Positions 37,732 through 48,204 are shown, counted from the first letter of the stretch. The stretch: DNA of 57,884 nt from an uncultured Thermococci archaeon (GCA_964615185.1 CAZTOS010000001.1:26479-84362); one strand, 5' to 3'. Translations and numbers: made by a program. Notes: generated by a model not told the origin, from the letters alone.

Positions 37732-39637
37732 TCAGCAACTCTTCTCTTTTGAGATATTCTCTGACCAACAGTTCAGCTCTTTCTTATCTTTTGCCAGTCG
37801 TAGAAAATGTTGTATAAGCCTCGGAGTCTTCGACTGTGTCCGTGTCTTCCCGGGATACACGTGAACTTTGTATAGCTTCATAATTCTTTTTCTTTTAATC
37901 TTATTTGGTAGCTTTAATTCAAACTTTAGCGTCTTTTGACCCTTTGGAATTTCAATTTCTAAGGTGTATTGGGATGCATCAGAAACATCATCGAAGACCA
38001 CATAACCTGATACATAACTTCCAGGTTTGAGGATCATGTCTCCGGTAATTTTGCTCATAATTAAGTTTCCATTGTCAGTGCCTCCCGAGAATGTTAACTT
38101 CCAATTATCAATGTTAAGCAAATGCTCTACTTCCCCAATGTTTTTGAGCTTAAAGTAAATTTTCACAAGAGTTTTTAGTTTGCTGATTTCGAAGTATGGG
38201 GTTTTCTCAACTTTTTCTAATGTAATCACAAAGGGATAGGCTTCTATTGTTTTATTAACTACTACTTCATTCAGTTTTGGCACTTCTTTTATTTCGATGG
38301 AATTTTAAGAAATTCTTCTTTGCCTTCAATCCAATCATGTAGGGGCACTATTAATTCCGTCTTTCCTTGGACATAGGGGAATACCAACCATGCTTCCTTT
38401 TCTGAATTGGGATTTACAGTTAAAAACCAGCTGCTTGAGACTATTCCTACACTTCCCCCAAGGCTAATTCCGTTCAGGTCAATTGTTATATCTTTGTTCC
38501 CCATGTTTTTAATTCTTAGGACAACCTTTATTCCATTTCCTTTGCCTTCAAATGTTTCATATTCGAAAACTGCATATTTTACTAACGTTGCTTCGATAGA
38601 GAATTGTTGAGCCGCTTTGCTTATGTTTGCAGTTTTGTAATCCAAGAGAGGTCTAAGTCCAGATAATTTAATTATAACTTTCCTTTCCGGGATTATTTCT
38701 ATTCTCTGGACTTTGAACCCAAAGTCCTTGCTGTTTAAACTTATTTCCTCCATTGGAAATAGAAATGCTTCTTTTATGTATTCACCAGGCTCGAGTTTTT
38801 TGGGTAACTGTACTGAAATTCATTATAATACTCTTCCACGGGAAATCCATTAACTGTAAGCTTTGCAGGTTCCATCCCTATTAATTCTATTGAGTAGTTC
38901 CCGATATTTCTAAGCTTAGCGTCTATTCTTAAGTACCTCTTGAGATTTCCGGGATGTATATAAATTCCGTAACGATAGAATTCAAGTGCAACATTCCCAT
39001 CTATTTGAGTTATGTTTAATGGCTTTGCATTTTTAAGATAAAGATTTTCAAAATAGTCTTTTCTCTCTTGTTCATCCATTTTAGGAAGATTCTGAGCTAT
39101 GAAAGTCCGTTTTAACATCATATTCCCAACAATTAGTGTTGCGTTAATAACTCCATAGCTGGATATTCCTTTTTGGAAGTCTGTTATTATGTAGCGAGCC
39201 TTATACACAGTGGATGTTTTTGGGAGTCCAGTAAATTCTCCGGTGTAGGGCTGGAAGTCGGATTTTTGAATACTTAATGTGCCATTATATATGAGAAGCC
39301 CAAATTCGTCTTTTATTATTACTTTTAGCTTTCCATTGATTTTTGCATAGTTTGTTTGGTTTTGAACTTCTAGGTATAAAACCAATGCATTTGCATCTTT
39401 TTTCCAGTCAAGTATTAATTTGAAGTCCTTAATTTGTTCTTTTGGCATGGTATGAGTCGGAGTTGTTGTAGTTGTTGGGGATATGGTAGTCGTGTTTAGA
39501 GTTTCAGAAGTTGATGGAGAGGATATAGCTTTTTGTGAAGTAGTTGTGGATGTTTGTGATTCAGAAAGTTGGCTCTGGAGGCACCCACTAACAATTATCG
39601 TCAACAAAAGTACCAATGCTATATGGGTCTTCCTCAT
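37732..39637 (-). pseudogene. Frameshifted multi-domain surface lipoprotein (DUF4352/Ig-like repeats) split into three ORFs
   Basis: Lipobox VSGC + Ser/Thr linker; recurring (L/I)(R/K)N(I/M)G motifs; adding one base near 38800 and one near 38298 joins the ORFs (YPKKLEPGEYIKEAFLFPME; IPIEIKEVPKL). Confidence 0.75.
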
Positions 39638-39757
39638 GAAGTCCCCCTTACTTAAGTAAATACGAAAAGATAGTTAAACCTTTTGTAGAGTAATCATCTT
39701 TTTCTGTGTAATAACCTCAACAACTTTGACAATAAATTATAAAGTCAAAAAGAGAAG

Positions 39758-40597
39758 CTAAAGCTTCCTCAAGCTTGGGAACCAGTATTTCTTTCCTTTC
39801 TTCTCCTTCTCTTCATCCCATTCTGCCAAAATTTTTACGGCTTCACTTGCAACTAATGCAGCCTCTTTCTCCCCAGCTTTTCCAAACTCATTGGTAACTC
39901 TATTCGCAAAGACTGCACATACACAGCCAGCTCTAAGACCATAGATGTTAGCCAATGTAAAGAGTGTCGCCGCTTCCATTTCAAAGTTTGTGACTTTTGC
40001 CTGTCTTAGATCGTCAATCAGATGCTTTACAAAGCTTGGGAAATAGCCATTTAACCCCGGTCTTGCCTGACCGACATAGAAGCTGTCCGTTGATGCTGTA
40101 ATTCCTACATGATACCGAACTCCCAATGTCTCAGCAGCTTCAATCAATGCCAAAGTAACCTCCAAATCAGCGCTTGCTGGATATTCAACCCTAACATACT
40201 GCTTTGATGTTCCCTCCAACCTAACGGCAGCTTTTGCAATTATTAAGTCGCCAATCTCTATTCCTGGTTGAATTGCTCCAGTTGAGCCAACCCTTATGAA
40301 GGTGTCAGCCCCTATAGCTGCCAATTCTTCAATTGCTATTGCCGTAGAAGGGCCCCCAATCCCCGTTGAGGTTACACTTATTGGAACCCCCTTATATTTT
40401 CCAGTATGTGTTCTGTACTCCCTGTGGAAAGCTATTTCTTTTGCTTCATCCCACAAGGCACTTATTTTAGGCACCCTCTCTGGATCTCCAGGCAATAAAA
40501 CATATCTTGCTACATCTCCCGGCTTACATGCTATGTGATATTGATAACCTTCCTCGGTTTGGGGCCTCTCTGCTGATACAAACTTCATTTCCATCAC
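39758..40597 (-). CDS. udp: Uridine phosphorylase (NP-I family; start may be 40594 or 40588)
   Basis: QYHI, LPGDPERV, HREY, STGIGGPS, RVGSTG, SFYVGQAR, NFEMEAA. Confidence 0.9.
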   Translation of the reverse strand: MMEMKFVSAERPQTEEGYQYHIACKPGDVARYVLLPGDPERVPKISALWDEAKEIAFHREYRTHTGKYKGVPISVTSTGIGGPSTAIAIEELAAIGADTFIRVGSTGAIQPGIEIGDLIIAKAAVRLEGTSKQYVRVEYPASADLEVTLALIEAAETLGVRYHVGITASTDSFYVGQARPGLNGYFPSFVKHLIDDLRQAKVTNFEMEAATLFTLANIYGLRAGCVCAVFANRVTNEFGKAGEKEAALVASEAVKILAEWDEEKEKKGKKYWFPSLRKL

Positions 40598-40657
40598 CTA
40601 TCATAAGCTTTGCAAAAAGCAAATAAAAGTCTTCGCATAAATCCTACTGGTGAGTAC

Positions 40658-41704
40658 ATGCTAAAATGCCAAAAATGCGGGAAAACCTATGAAAAATTTC
40701 GTTTAGTTTGTGAATGTGGTGGACTTCTCGATGTTGTAGTAGAAGTTAGGGAGAGCTTTGAAAGTCTTTTGAAGGAGAAATATTTAGATGTGAGACGTTA
40801 CTTGAACTTCCTACCCATCAATGGGGACTTCCTTCCAAAATTAATCCTTCCAATAACCCCAACTGTTGAAAAAGAAATTGAAAATGTGAGAGTCCTTTTC
40901 AAGCTTGAGTATTTGATGCCCTCCGGCTCATTCAAGGATAGAGGAACTTACGTAACAATTGCAAAGCTGAAAGAGGAAGGAATCAAGGAGATAAGCCTTG
41001 ACTCTTCGGGGAATGCAGCCATAAACTTTGCACTCTTTGGAAAAGCTGAAGGGATTAAAGTCCATGTATTTATTCCAGAACACACAAGCGAAGGGAAGAA
41101 AAGGATTTTAAAGCTCTTAGGGGCTGAAATTCATGAAATCAAAGGCTCAAGAATGGACGTACACTGGAAAGCCCGCGAGTTCAAAGACGCATTTTATATT
41201 TCGCACTGGTATACTCCCTATTTCTTAGAGGGCACGAAAATTGCTACATACGAAATTTTTGAACAAGTTGGAGAAGTCGATTATGCCTTAGTTCCCACAG
41301 GAAGTGGGACACTATTTTTAGGACTGTATAAAGGATTTAAAGAACTCAAGGGTTTTGGAAAAGTTAAAATGCCGAAGCTAATTGCAGTTCAAGCTGAAGG
41401 TTATGAAAGTTTATGCAAGCAGAGCAAAAGGAAAAGTAAGCTTGCAGAGGGGATAGCAATCCCAGAACCTCCGAGAAAGGAGCAAATGGTCAAAGCTCTA
41501 AAAGAAACTAAGGGATTCTGCATATCAGTAGGAGACATCGAAATAGAGAAGGCCATTAATGACCTCATTTCAATGGGCTTTTTAGTTGAACCAACTTCTG
41601 CAGTCGTCTTTGCCGCATTTAAGAAACTTCTTGAGAGAGATGAACTTGAAAAAGGCTCAAAAGTCCTGTTACCTTTGACTGGATCTGGATTAAAGTTGAT
41701 GTAA
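40658..41704 (+). CDS. Threonine-synthase-like PLP-dependent enzyme (fold type II)
   Basis: N-terminal CxxC..CxC, PSGSFKDRG, DSSGNA, VPTGSG, VEPTSA, LTGSG. Confidence 0.85.
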   Translation: MLKCQKCGKTYEKFRLVCECGGLLDVVVEVRESFESLLKEKYLDVRRYLNFLPINGDFLPKLILPITPTVEKEIENVRVLFKLEYLMPSGSFKDRGTYVTIAKLKEEGIKEISLDSSGNAAINFALFGKAEGIKVHVFIPEHTSEGKKRILKLLGAEIHEIKGSRMDVHWKAREFKDAFYISHWYTPYFLEGTKIATYEIFEQVGEVDYALVPTGSGTLFLGLYKGFKELKGFGKVKMPKLIAVQAEGYESLCKQSKRKSKLAEGIAIPEPPRKEQMVKALKETKGFCISVGDIEIEKAINDLISMGFLVEPTSAVVFAAFKKLLERDELEKGSKVLLPLTGSGLKLM

Positions 41705-41902
41705 ATTTTTGTATTAAGGTAAAAAGTTCGAGAACTTTGGGAAGTTTAATTGGGCGGACCAAAAAGTGCTAATTTTGTGGAAACTTTTATTAAAATTCAG
41801 CTCTTGAGATAGCTTTTTACTTATTTTGGCACTCAAAGGATGCTTCTTTAGTGAAATACCCAAAACGGCATGGAAGTTCAATCAAGCCGAGAAAAGTTTT
41901 TA

Positions 41903-41977
41903 TGGAGCCGGGAGGGGGATTCGAACCCCCGTAAAGGGGATCTGCAGTCCCCCGCCTCACCTCTAGGCTATCCCGGC
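41903..41977 (-). tRNA. tRNA-Cys(GCA)
   Basis: GCCGGGA acceptor, GGGGA-CTGCAGA-TCCCC, U73 discriminator, CCA. Confidence 0.96.
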
Positions 41978-42000
41978 ATTTGACCCCAGAGAAGTGAAGC

Positions 42001-42087
42001 TGGCGCCGCGGCGGGGATTTGAACCCCGGAGGGACCACGCCCACCGGCTTAGCAGGCCGGCGCCCTACCAGGCTAGGCTACCGCGGC
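42001..42087 (-). tRNA. tRNA-Ser(GCT)
   Basis: GCCGCGG acceptor, CCGGC-CTGCTAA-GCCGG, long variable arm, CCA. Confidence 0.96.
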
Positions 42088-42164
42088 ACGGTTATTACTC
42101 ATAAGCAGTGGGTATTTAAGCTTTTTGGAAGGGGCAATTATAAATACCAGTACCCAAACTAATA

Positions 42165-43397
42165 ATGATGCAGCTCTTTAATTCAAAGCTATGTGCTCTA
42201 TGCAAAGGTCGTAAACTACTCTGTGGTAGACCCACATGCCCAATTCTTGAGAGATTTAGAGTAGTCAAGAGTGTCGAGAGAATTGTAAACAGAAGAGAGA
42301 TTTTTGGCTCTTCACCACCAAGCATATTCGTTGGAGAATTTGGATATCCAAAGGTTAGAATTGGCCCCCTTGTGCCGCCAATTGAAGGAAACACGTCTTA
42401 TCTTGACAGTCCCCTTAAATGGGAAAACAAAACGATAAATGACATTCTCAAATACCGCTCGCTTTTGGTTATGGGAGAAACGAAGGCTAATGTAAAAGTG
42501 AGCAAAAGCCAGCGAATTTTAAGCGAAATTCAAGAGCTGGCAATGTCAATAAGGCCAGTGGATAGCGAAATTCTTCTCAAGAGGAAGCCGATTTTAAAAG
42601 TTCTGCCAAATGAATTTGCCCCGCCAGTTGGTCCAAAGGCTGAACTCTTAGACTTTGAACTTACAGAGAACCCAAGAATCCCAAGGAAGACTGACTATGT
42701 TGTAAGTGATGAACTGAAGGCTGAAGAGGCCATTATGAGGTTATATAATTGGGGATTTGACGAGTATTACATTATCCGATTGCTTTCAGCTGGTTTGTTA
42801 GGGATTAGCAAAAAGCTTGTGCCGACAAGGTGGAGCATTACAGCGGTTCAAGATACTATCGGAAAGCATTTAAGAAGGGAAATTCTAAAATACAACACAA
42901 TAAACGAGTTCGAGCTTTACTTTTACGAATTCCTTGGAAATAGATACGCTGTGCTTTTGATGCCAGAGAGCTATGCATTTGAGCTCTTAGAGGTATGGCT
43001 TAAGGGTTCGCTGTTTGGAAGTGAAGAACCTCAAGTGATTCATGATTATGAGGATTGGAGGGGCATTAAAGGTTATGCTGAGGAGACAACAGGTGCATAT
43101 TATGCAGCCCGTTTAAGTGTCCTTGAATTCCTAAGGAATAGAAGAAGACAAGCAAGAATCTTAGTGTTCAGAGAGGTGACGCCGAAATATTATGCTCCCG
43201 TTGGAGTATGGCAGATTAGATTAGGAGTTAAGAAGGCATTGGAAAACCCAGTTGGAAGATTCAACACAGTGCAGGAGGCTTTGAATGAAATTAGAAAGCT
43301 TTTAGAACATCCCCTTGAGAAATATCTCGAGAAAAGCTGGCTTTTAAAGATGCGGAAGAAACAAATGACACTTGATGAATTTTTGAAAAACTTTTAA
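42165..43397 (+). CDS. nreA: Nre-family DNA repair protein
   Basis: CALCKGRKLLCGRPTCP, GSSPPSIFVG, LVPTRWSITA, YYAARL, PVGVWQIR, C-terminal PIP box QMTLDEF. Confidence 0.9.
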   Translation: MMQLFNSKLCALCKGRKLLCGRPTCPILERFRVVKSVERIVNRREIFGSSPPSIFVGEFGYPKVRIGPLVPPIEGNTSYLDSPLKWENKTINDILKYRSLLVMGETKANVKVSKSQRILSEIQELAMSIRPVDSEILLKRKPILKVLPNEFAPPVGPKAELLDFELTENPRIPRKTDYVVSDELKAEEAIMRLYNWGFDEYYIIRLLSAGLLGISKKLVPTRWSITAVQDTIGKHLRREILKYNTINEFELYFYEFLGNRYAVLLMPESYAFELLEVWLKGSLFGSEEPQVIHDYEDWRGIKGYAEETTGAYYAARLSVLEFLRNRRRQARILVFREVTPKYYAPVGVWQIRLGVKKALENPVGRFNTVQEALNEIRKLLEHPLEKYLEKSWLLKMRKKQMTLDEFLKNF

Positions 43398-43418
43398 TTT
43401 TATGATGCATAGAAACTC

Positions 43419-43476
43419 CTAAGATGATGAAGTTCGCTAGGTCTGAGTGGTGATGACTGCACGTCAGGCTGATGGG
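43419..43476 (+). ncRNA. C/D-box methylation guide sRNA
   Basis: ATGATGA(43424)-agttcgctaggt-CTGA-gtg-GTGATGA-ctgcacgtcagg-CTGA(43469-72); canonical boxes and 12-nt guides. Confidence 0.92.
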
Positions 43477-43484
43477 GTGCTTTC

Positions 43485-44603
43485 ATGAAAGAAAAACTTG
43501 CTTTAATAAGTCTTGATGGGAATGGAGTTTACAACCTCAAGCACATGCCCTTCCTCCGCAGTTTGATTGAAGGGGGCTCCTTTAAGGTAGTTGATTCTAT
43601 CTTTCCCACTCTCACTGACTTAGTCCACACCTCTGTTATGACTGGTGTTTATCCAAAAGATCACGGTGTTGTTGAGAACGGTTACTATGATCGCTTAGCT
43701 GACAGGAAGATAAACTTCTACGATTATGAGGTTGCCTTTAATCCCCATAAAGTTATAAAAGCTAGGACTATTGTTGATATTCTTAGAGAAAAAGGAATAA
43801 GAAGTGCTTCTGTTAGCGGCTATACAATGCCACCTTTCAGCGGAACCAACGTGAGGATTTTTCCACCATTCTTCAGTGATGACAAGCTTTACAGGCAGCA
43901 TGGAAGGGATTGGAGGAAAGACATATGGGTTGCACAGTCGGCATTGTATCTTTATGAGGAATGCAAACCAGATATGCTTTTAATTCACTTTTGCTCAATT
44001 GACGGAATGCAACATGATTACGGTGTTGAAAGCGAAGAGGCTTTAAAAGCTGTAAAAACCGTTGACGAGATGCTCAAGCTGATTTGGGAAAAATTGAAAG
44101 ATGAATACGCTTTTATCATCTTTGCAGACCATGGACAAGAGAACGTTCATACCTGGGTAAACCTCAAGACTTATTTAAGGAAGCATTGTATTGAAACACT
44201 TCGTGTTTCCTCGGGTGGAGGAGTGCATATCTATCTGAAGGATCCGAATCAAGCTGAAGAAGCTTATCAAGTTTTATTAAAAGCACCAGGAGTTAAGCAC
44301 GTCTTTTTCAGGGAGGATTTACCTCACTTAAACACGCCAAACAGTGGAGAGCTGATAGTTTCAGCTAAAAAAGGATACTGGTTCTGCAGTCATTCGAAGT
44401 GTAAAGGCATTAAGGGGACAAGCTACTGGGTTAAGGGCATGCACGGCTCAATGAATGAACAAGTTATGAAAGTCCCGCTGATATTATGGGGTTTTGAAAA
44501 TGTCAATATTGAGAATGCCAGCTTGATGGACATAGCTCCAACGGTTTTGGATTTCTTTGGGATAGAAAAACCAAAAAACATGGTGGGAGAGAGTCTGATT
44601 TAG
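43485..44603 (+). CDS. Alkaline phosphatase superfamily nucleotide pyrophosphatase/phosphodiesterase
   Basis: LISLDG, SIFPTLT..H...TG.YP..HG, DGMQH, ADHG, GMHG. Confidence 0.88.
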   Translation: MKEKLALISLDGNGVYNLKHMPFLRSLIEGGSFKVVDSIFPTLTDLVHTSVMTGVYPKDHGVVENGYYDRLADRKINFYDYEVAFNPHKVIKARTIVDILREKGIRSASVSGYTMPPFSGTNVRIFPPFFSDDKLYRQHGRDWRKDIWVAQSALYLYEECKPDMLLIHFCSIDGMQHDYGVESEEALKAVKTVDEMLKLIWEKLKDEYAFIIFADHGQENVHTWVNLKTYLRKHCIETLRVSSGGGVHIYLKDPNQAEEAYQVLLKAPGVKHVFFREDLPHLNTPNSGELIVSAKKGYWFCSHSKCKGIKGTSYWVKGMHGSMNEQVMKVPLILWGFENVNIENASLMDIAPTVLDFFGIEKPKNMVGESLI

Positions 44604-44965
44604 AAAATTCTTTTCACATCTACTTTATCAAAATCTCTGTCATTTGACAAAATTGTTGTTATCCCATGGGCTTTCATTGTTGCATAATGAATGGCATCAT
44701 CGAAATCAAGCTTTTTACATCTTTCGGCGTTTTTCAAGATATCTTCTGTCAAGGGAACTATTCTAATGCCCAGTTCTGAAAGTATATCCAAGATATTAAA
44801 CTTTACCTTCTGTCGTCGAAATAGGACGTGAAGTTGCCATACCGTCAATGCTGAAGTAATCATGTTCCCACTGTATCTCTCCAGTAACCTTTCCGCATGT
44901 TCTCCAAATTCCTCGTTGGCTGTGAGAAAATAGTAAATAACGTTAACATCAACATAGACCCTCAC
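44600..44965 (-). CDS. vapC: VapC PIN-domain toxin
   Basis: VYVDVNVI, LDFDDAIHYA, ILSNDRDFD. Confidence 0.9.
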   Translation of the reverse strand: MRVYVDVNVIYYFLTANEEFGEHAERLLERYSGNMITSALTVWQLHVLFRRQKVKFNILDILSELGIRIVPLTEDILKNAERCKKLDFDDAIHYATMKAHGITTILSNDRDFDKVDVKRIF

Positions 44966-45204
44966 AGTTCATCCCTCAGGAGCTTTTCTGTCTCTTCTTC
45001 AATCAGTCTGTCTATCTCTTCTGCACTCAGGTTTTCTCCCTTGAATATTCCATAGTATTTCTTGATTCTTTTGCGAACTGGAATGAGGACTATCTCATCG
45101 TCTCTCTCCTCAACATAGAAAGACTCTGTTCCGAATTTTTTCCTAAGTGAAGCGGGAAGATATATCCTTCCATTTTTATCTACTTTAACAATTTTGACTG
45201 TCAT
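44962..45204 (-). CDS. AbrB/MazE/SpoVT-type antitoxin
   Basis: KVDKNGRIYLPASLRKK motif; 4-nt overlap with vapC. Confidence 0.88.
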   Translation of the reverse strand: MTVKIVKVDKNGRIYLPASLRKKFGTESFYVEERDDEIVLIPVRKRIKKYYGIFKGENLSAEEIDRLIEEETEKLLRDEL

Positions 45205-45462
45205 GGTAATATATTTAAGTTTGGAAGATAAATATTTTGTGGTAAAGTTCAAATTAGTTAGGGGCATTTTCCGTCATGGAAATCTCTGAGGATGAAGAGG
45301 TATCTCTTCCCCCTCTTTGTAAACGCTTGGCACATCAACTTTATGAAAATTCTTTGGCAATTGACCGACAACATCAAAATCAATAAAGCCAAATCTGGTT
45401 GAAGATGCATGTGCCATAGAAATCATAAGAGCAAAAGATCCTCTCGATGTCATGAAGAAAGA

Positions 45463-45633
45463 CTATATCAGTAAATGTATTGAAAGTATTTTTGTTATTT
45501 CTTCGGAGGTGCTGAAAAGAGACTTTTTCTTCTTTTGGATGACTATATTCTTAAATTCACCGTCGTTTATATTCACCTTCTTAATAACTCGCAGAACATG
45601 CTCTCTTGGCATTAGGTAGTCCCGAAACTCCAT
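45463..45633 (-). pseudogene. Truncated ORF (MEFRDYLMPREHVLRVIKKV..., 56 aa), probable gene remnant
   Basis: ATG follows the same leader as ORF 46787; early stop followed by coding-like degenerate sequence. Confidence 0.4.
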
Positions 45634-45710
45634 TTCTCTTCTCTCGAAGGGTTAACACATAGGGCGAAGAGATTAAATACTGTGGGCTCTAATATTAAGC
45701 TGGTGGGAAA

Positions 45711-45956
45711 ATGGAAATTGTGATTCCTGATGATGTTCTTATATCGCTCAAGCTTCCCAGAAAAGAGCTTGAAAAGGAGCTTAAGCTCGAGTTAGCGGTT
45801 ATTCTTTATCAACGGGAAGCATTATCACTTGGAAAAGCCGCTAAACTTGCAGGCATTACAAAAAGGGAGTTCCTGGAGGAACTTGCAAAAAGAGGCATCC
45901 CAAGACACTACACAGAAAAAGAACTGAAGGAGGATTTAGAATTTGCCCGTAGTTAG
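45711..45956 (+). CDS. UPF0175-family antitoxin
   Basis: KLELAVILYQREALSLGKAAKLAGITKREFLEEL. Confidence 0.9.
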   Translation: MEIVIPDDVLISLKLPRKELEKELKLELAVILYQREALSLGKAAKLAGITKREFLEELAKRGIPRHYTEKELKEDLEFARS

Positions 45957-46429
45957 CAACTCCACACCGTTAATCCACTTGGCCAAGATTGATAAACTTG
46001 ACCTTTTAAAAGAGTTCTTTGGAGAAGTCTTTATTCCTGAAGCCGTTTATAGAGAATGTGTCCTTGAGGGTAAAGGTTCAGAAGATTCTAAGCTCATTGA
46101 AAAGGCTGATTGGATTAAAGTTGTGAGAATAAAAGACGAGACTCTCAAGAAGTCTTTAATGCTCGAGCTTGATGAGGGAGAAAGTGAGGCAATAGTTTTA
46201 GCCCTTGAGGTGAATTCCGAATTGCTCCTCATTGATGACTATGACGGTAGGGAAATTGCAAGGGCATTAGGTTTGAAAGTTACAGGAACAATTGGTGTCC
46301 TGTTAAAGGCAAAAGTTTCAAGGAAAAATAACTAACTTAAAAGAGGAGCTCGAAAAGCTCAAGAAAACCGGCTTTTGGCTGAGCGATGAGCTTTATAAAA
46401 GAATCTTGAAAGAAGTTGGAGAGGATTAG
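45943..46429 (+). pseudogene. DUF3368 PIN-domain toxin with a C-terminal frameshift
   Basis: VVSNSTPLI, LDEGESEAI, IDDYDGR, GTIGVL; removing one A near 46311-46314 restores KFQGKITNLKEELEKLKKTGFWLSDELYKRIL. Confidence 0.82.
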
Positions 46430-46787
46430 GTTTCTTTTGCCTTTTTCATGCCGATTTCGACGCCTTTAGCGATGGCTTCTTGGAGGAGAAGTCTCTTATA
46501 TTCATCTTTAACTTTTCTCCATTCTGCTGTAGTTATTATCCCATACAGGAAAGAAATAGTTCCGAACAAATATCCTAACCGAAAATCTTTGTCCATAAAA
46601 CCTGCACTAAGTAGTAACATTGATGAGAAAAAAGCAGGGATGCACCGATAATCTTTTCGGTAATCTCTTTTTGAAGCTCATTTATGTCCCTGTGGTCATG
46701 GTACCTATCAGCTATTAGAAATCCTGCTATCATAGATAGAGTACCAACCAAAACGACTATCTCCATAGCACTTGAGGATACTACCAT
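46426..46787 (-). pseudogene. Frameshifted small membrane protein (about 120 aa)
   Basis: ORFs 46575-46787 and 46426-46620 join with one added base near 46641 (IIGAIPAFFSSMLLLSAG); hydrophobic segments. Confidence 0.6.
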
Positions 46788-46832
46788 TTCCCTTCTCCCG
46801 AAGGGTTAATATATTGAGAGAACAAAAATCGC

Positions 46833-47009
46833 TTATATCAATCCAAGAATATTAAGTCTCCTTTCTTCCAGAGCCTTTTTCTCCTCGCGAATCTCTCGCA
46901 TAATTTCCTTGACTGATTTGTCGAGCTTCAAAAGCCCCATAAGCTCAACAATTGGAACAAGAACAGCTCCATCTCCAAGGTTGGGAATTTCGAATTTCCG
47001 TCTTTTCAT
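46833..47009 (-). CDS. Orphan antitoxin-like small protein or remnant
   Basis: GAVLVPIVELMGLLK...VKEIMREIREE resembles the C-terminal half of AbrB-type VapB antitoxins; no downstream PIN gene. Confidence 0.4.
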   Translation of the reverse strand: MKRRKFEIPNLGDGAVLVPIVELMGLLKLDKSVKEIMREIREEKKALEERRLNILGLI

Positions 47010-47097
47010 TCCGCTTCCCCTTAACAAATCTCACTAATGACACAAAAACCTTCCGATAAACAACGTGAGAAAAGCAGAAAAAGGCGAGGAGCAGCCC

Positions 47098-47745
47098 TCA
47101 CCTTGAGGACTGTGCAATTCTCTCGATTTCTTCCTTCTTGCTGTAAGCGTAGCTCTTTGTGTCCTTGTTTGCTGCTGCAATGATTTCCTCCGCCAATGCT
47201 TCAGCATAGCTCATCTTGTTTCTGTAGCACTTTGCTGATGCACCTAATGCAATGTTTCTCAAAGCAACGTCAAGTCTTCTCATTGGTGAAATGTCAACAG
47301 CCAAGTGATATCTAATACCACCGAACATAACTGTTGTTGTATCCTCTCTTGGAGCAGCGTTTTCGATGGCTCTGATGAGAACTTGAATTGGGTTTTGCTT
47401 TGTTCTCTTTTCAATGATCTCAAAGGCCTCTTTGACGACCTCGTAAGCCTTCATCTTCTTGCTCATCAATGAACGGTGTTCTCTTCTCATGAAGTGTCCC
47501 GCTACTTTATAGCTTGATGCACCACTCCTCATAACCTTGTTAATGAGTCTCTCCACAATGTGAACGTTTGCTTTGCCAAAAGGCTTCTTTGCGTGTCTTC
47601 CATGGGTGTGGGGCAATAAGCGTGGCTCAAGGTTTATGTATGGCTTGAGTGAGGGGTCATTTACAACGACATCCTCAGTGCTCCACTTTCCAAAGACCTT
47701 TAAGTCCTTTGGAATGAAAAATCTCTCTTGCAATGGCTTTGCCAT
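47098..47745 (-). CDS. rps7: 30S ribosomal protein S7
   Basis: [43 protein letters not shown]. Confidence 0.97.
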   Translation of the reverse strand: MAKPLQERFFIPKDLKVFGKWSTEDVVVNDPSLKPYINLEPRLLPHTHGRHAKKPFGKANVHIVERLINKVMRSGASSYKVAGHFMRREHRSLMSKKMKAYEVVKEAFEIIEKRTKQNPIQVLIRAIENAAPREDTTTVMFGGIRYHLAVDISPMRRLDVALRNIALGASAKCYRNKMSYAEALAEEIIAAANKDTKSYAYSKKEEIERIAQSSR

Positions 47746-47750
47746 GAGCA

Positions 47751-48194
47751 TCACCTTCTTGGCTTCTCCTTTCTACCTTTAACTAATTCCTTGAGTGAAA
47801 CTCTGTTGACCTTAATGACCTTGTATCTAATTCCTGGGATGTCACCCATTGAACCACCCTTTGGACCACCAATGCCCTCAATGATTACCTCATCGTGCTC
47901 GTCAATGTGGTTAATAGCTCCATCACCAGGACAGAAGGCTGTAACTACCTTACCGTTCTTGATGAGCTGAACTCTCACAGCTTTTCTCATTCCAGAGTTT
48001 GGCTGCTTAGCTTCAACTGCAATCTTCTCAAGGACAATTCCTCTTGCTTGTGGGGCACCTTCAAGTGGATCGCTCTTCTCCTTTAGTCTAAGCACTCTTC
48101 TCTTGAATGTGATATCACTCCATCTGAACTTCTTTCTCTTGAGCTTGAGCTTTCTTCCAGCGAATTCTCCATATGGTGCTTTCTTTCCAGGCAT
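47751..48194 (-). CDS. rps12: 30S ribosomal protein S12
   Basis: [27 protein letters not shown]. Confidence 0.97.
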   Translation of the reverse strand: MPGKKAPYGEFAGRKLKLKRKKFRWSDITFKRRVLRLKEKSDPLEGAPQARGIVLEKIAVEAKQPNSGMRKAVRVQLIKNGKVVTAFCPGDGAINHIDEHDEVIIEGIGGPKGGSMGDIPGIRYKVIKVNRVSLKELVKGRKEKPRR

Positions 48195-48204
48195 GATCAT
48201 CACC

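Larger units (their letters stand above)
45631..46814 (-). repeat. 30-bp direct repeat (45631-45660 and 46785-46814, 26/30 identical) forming the leader and start codon of two different ORFs
   Basis: catttctcttctctcgaagggttaacacat versus catttcccttctcccgaagggttaatatat. Confidence 0.8.

Noticed and set aside
37418..39757. Intact integrated element at tRNA-Gly
   Set aside because: No duplicated tRNA 3' end (att) or integrase fragment was found; reported only as a decayed accessory region.
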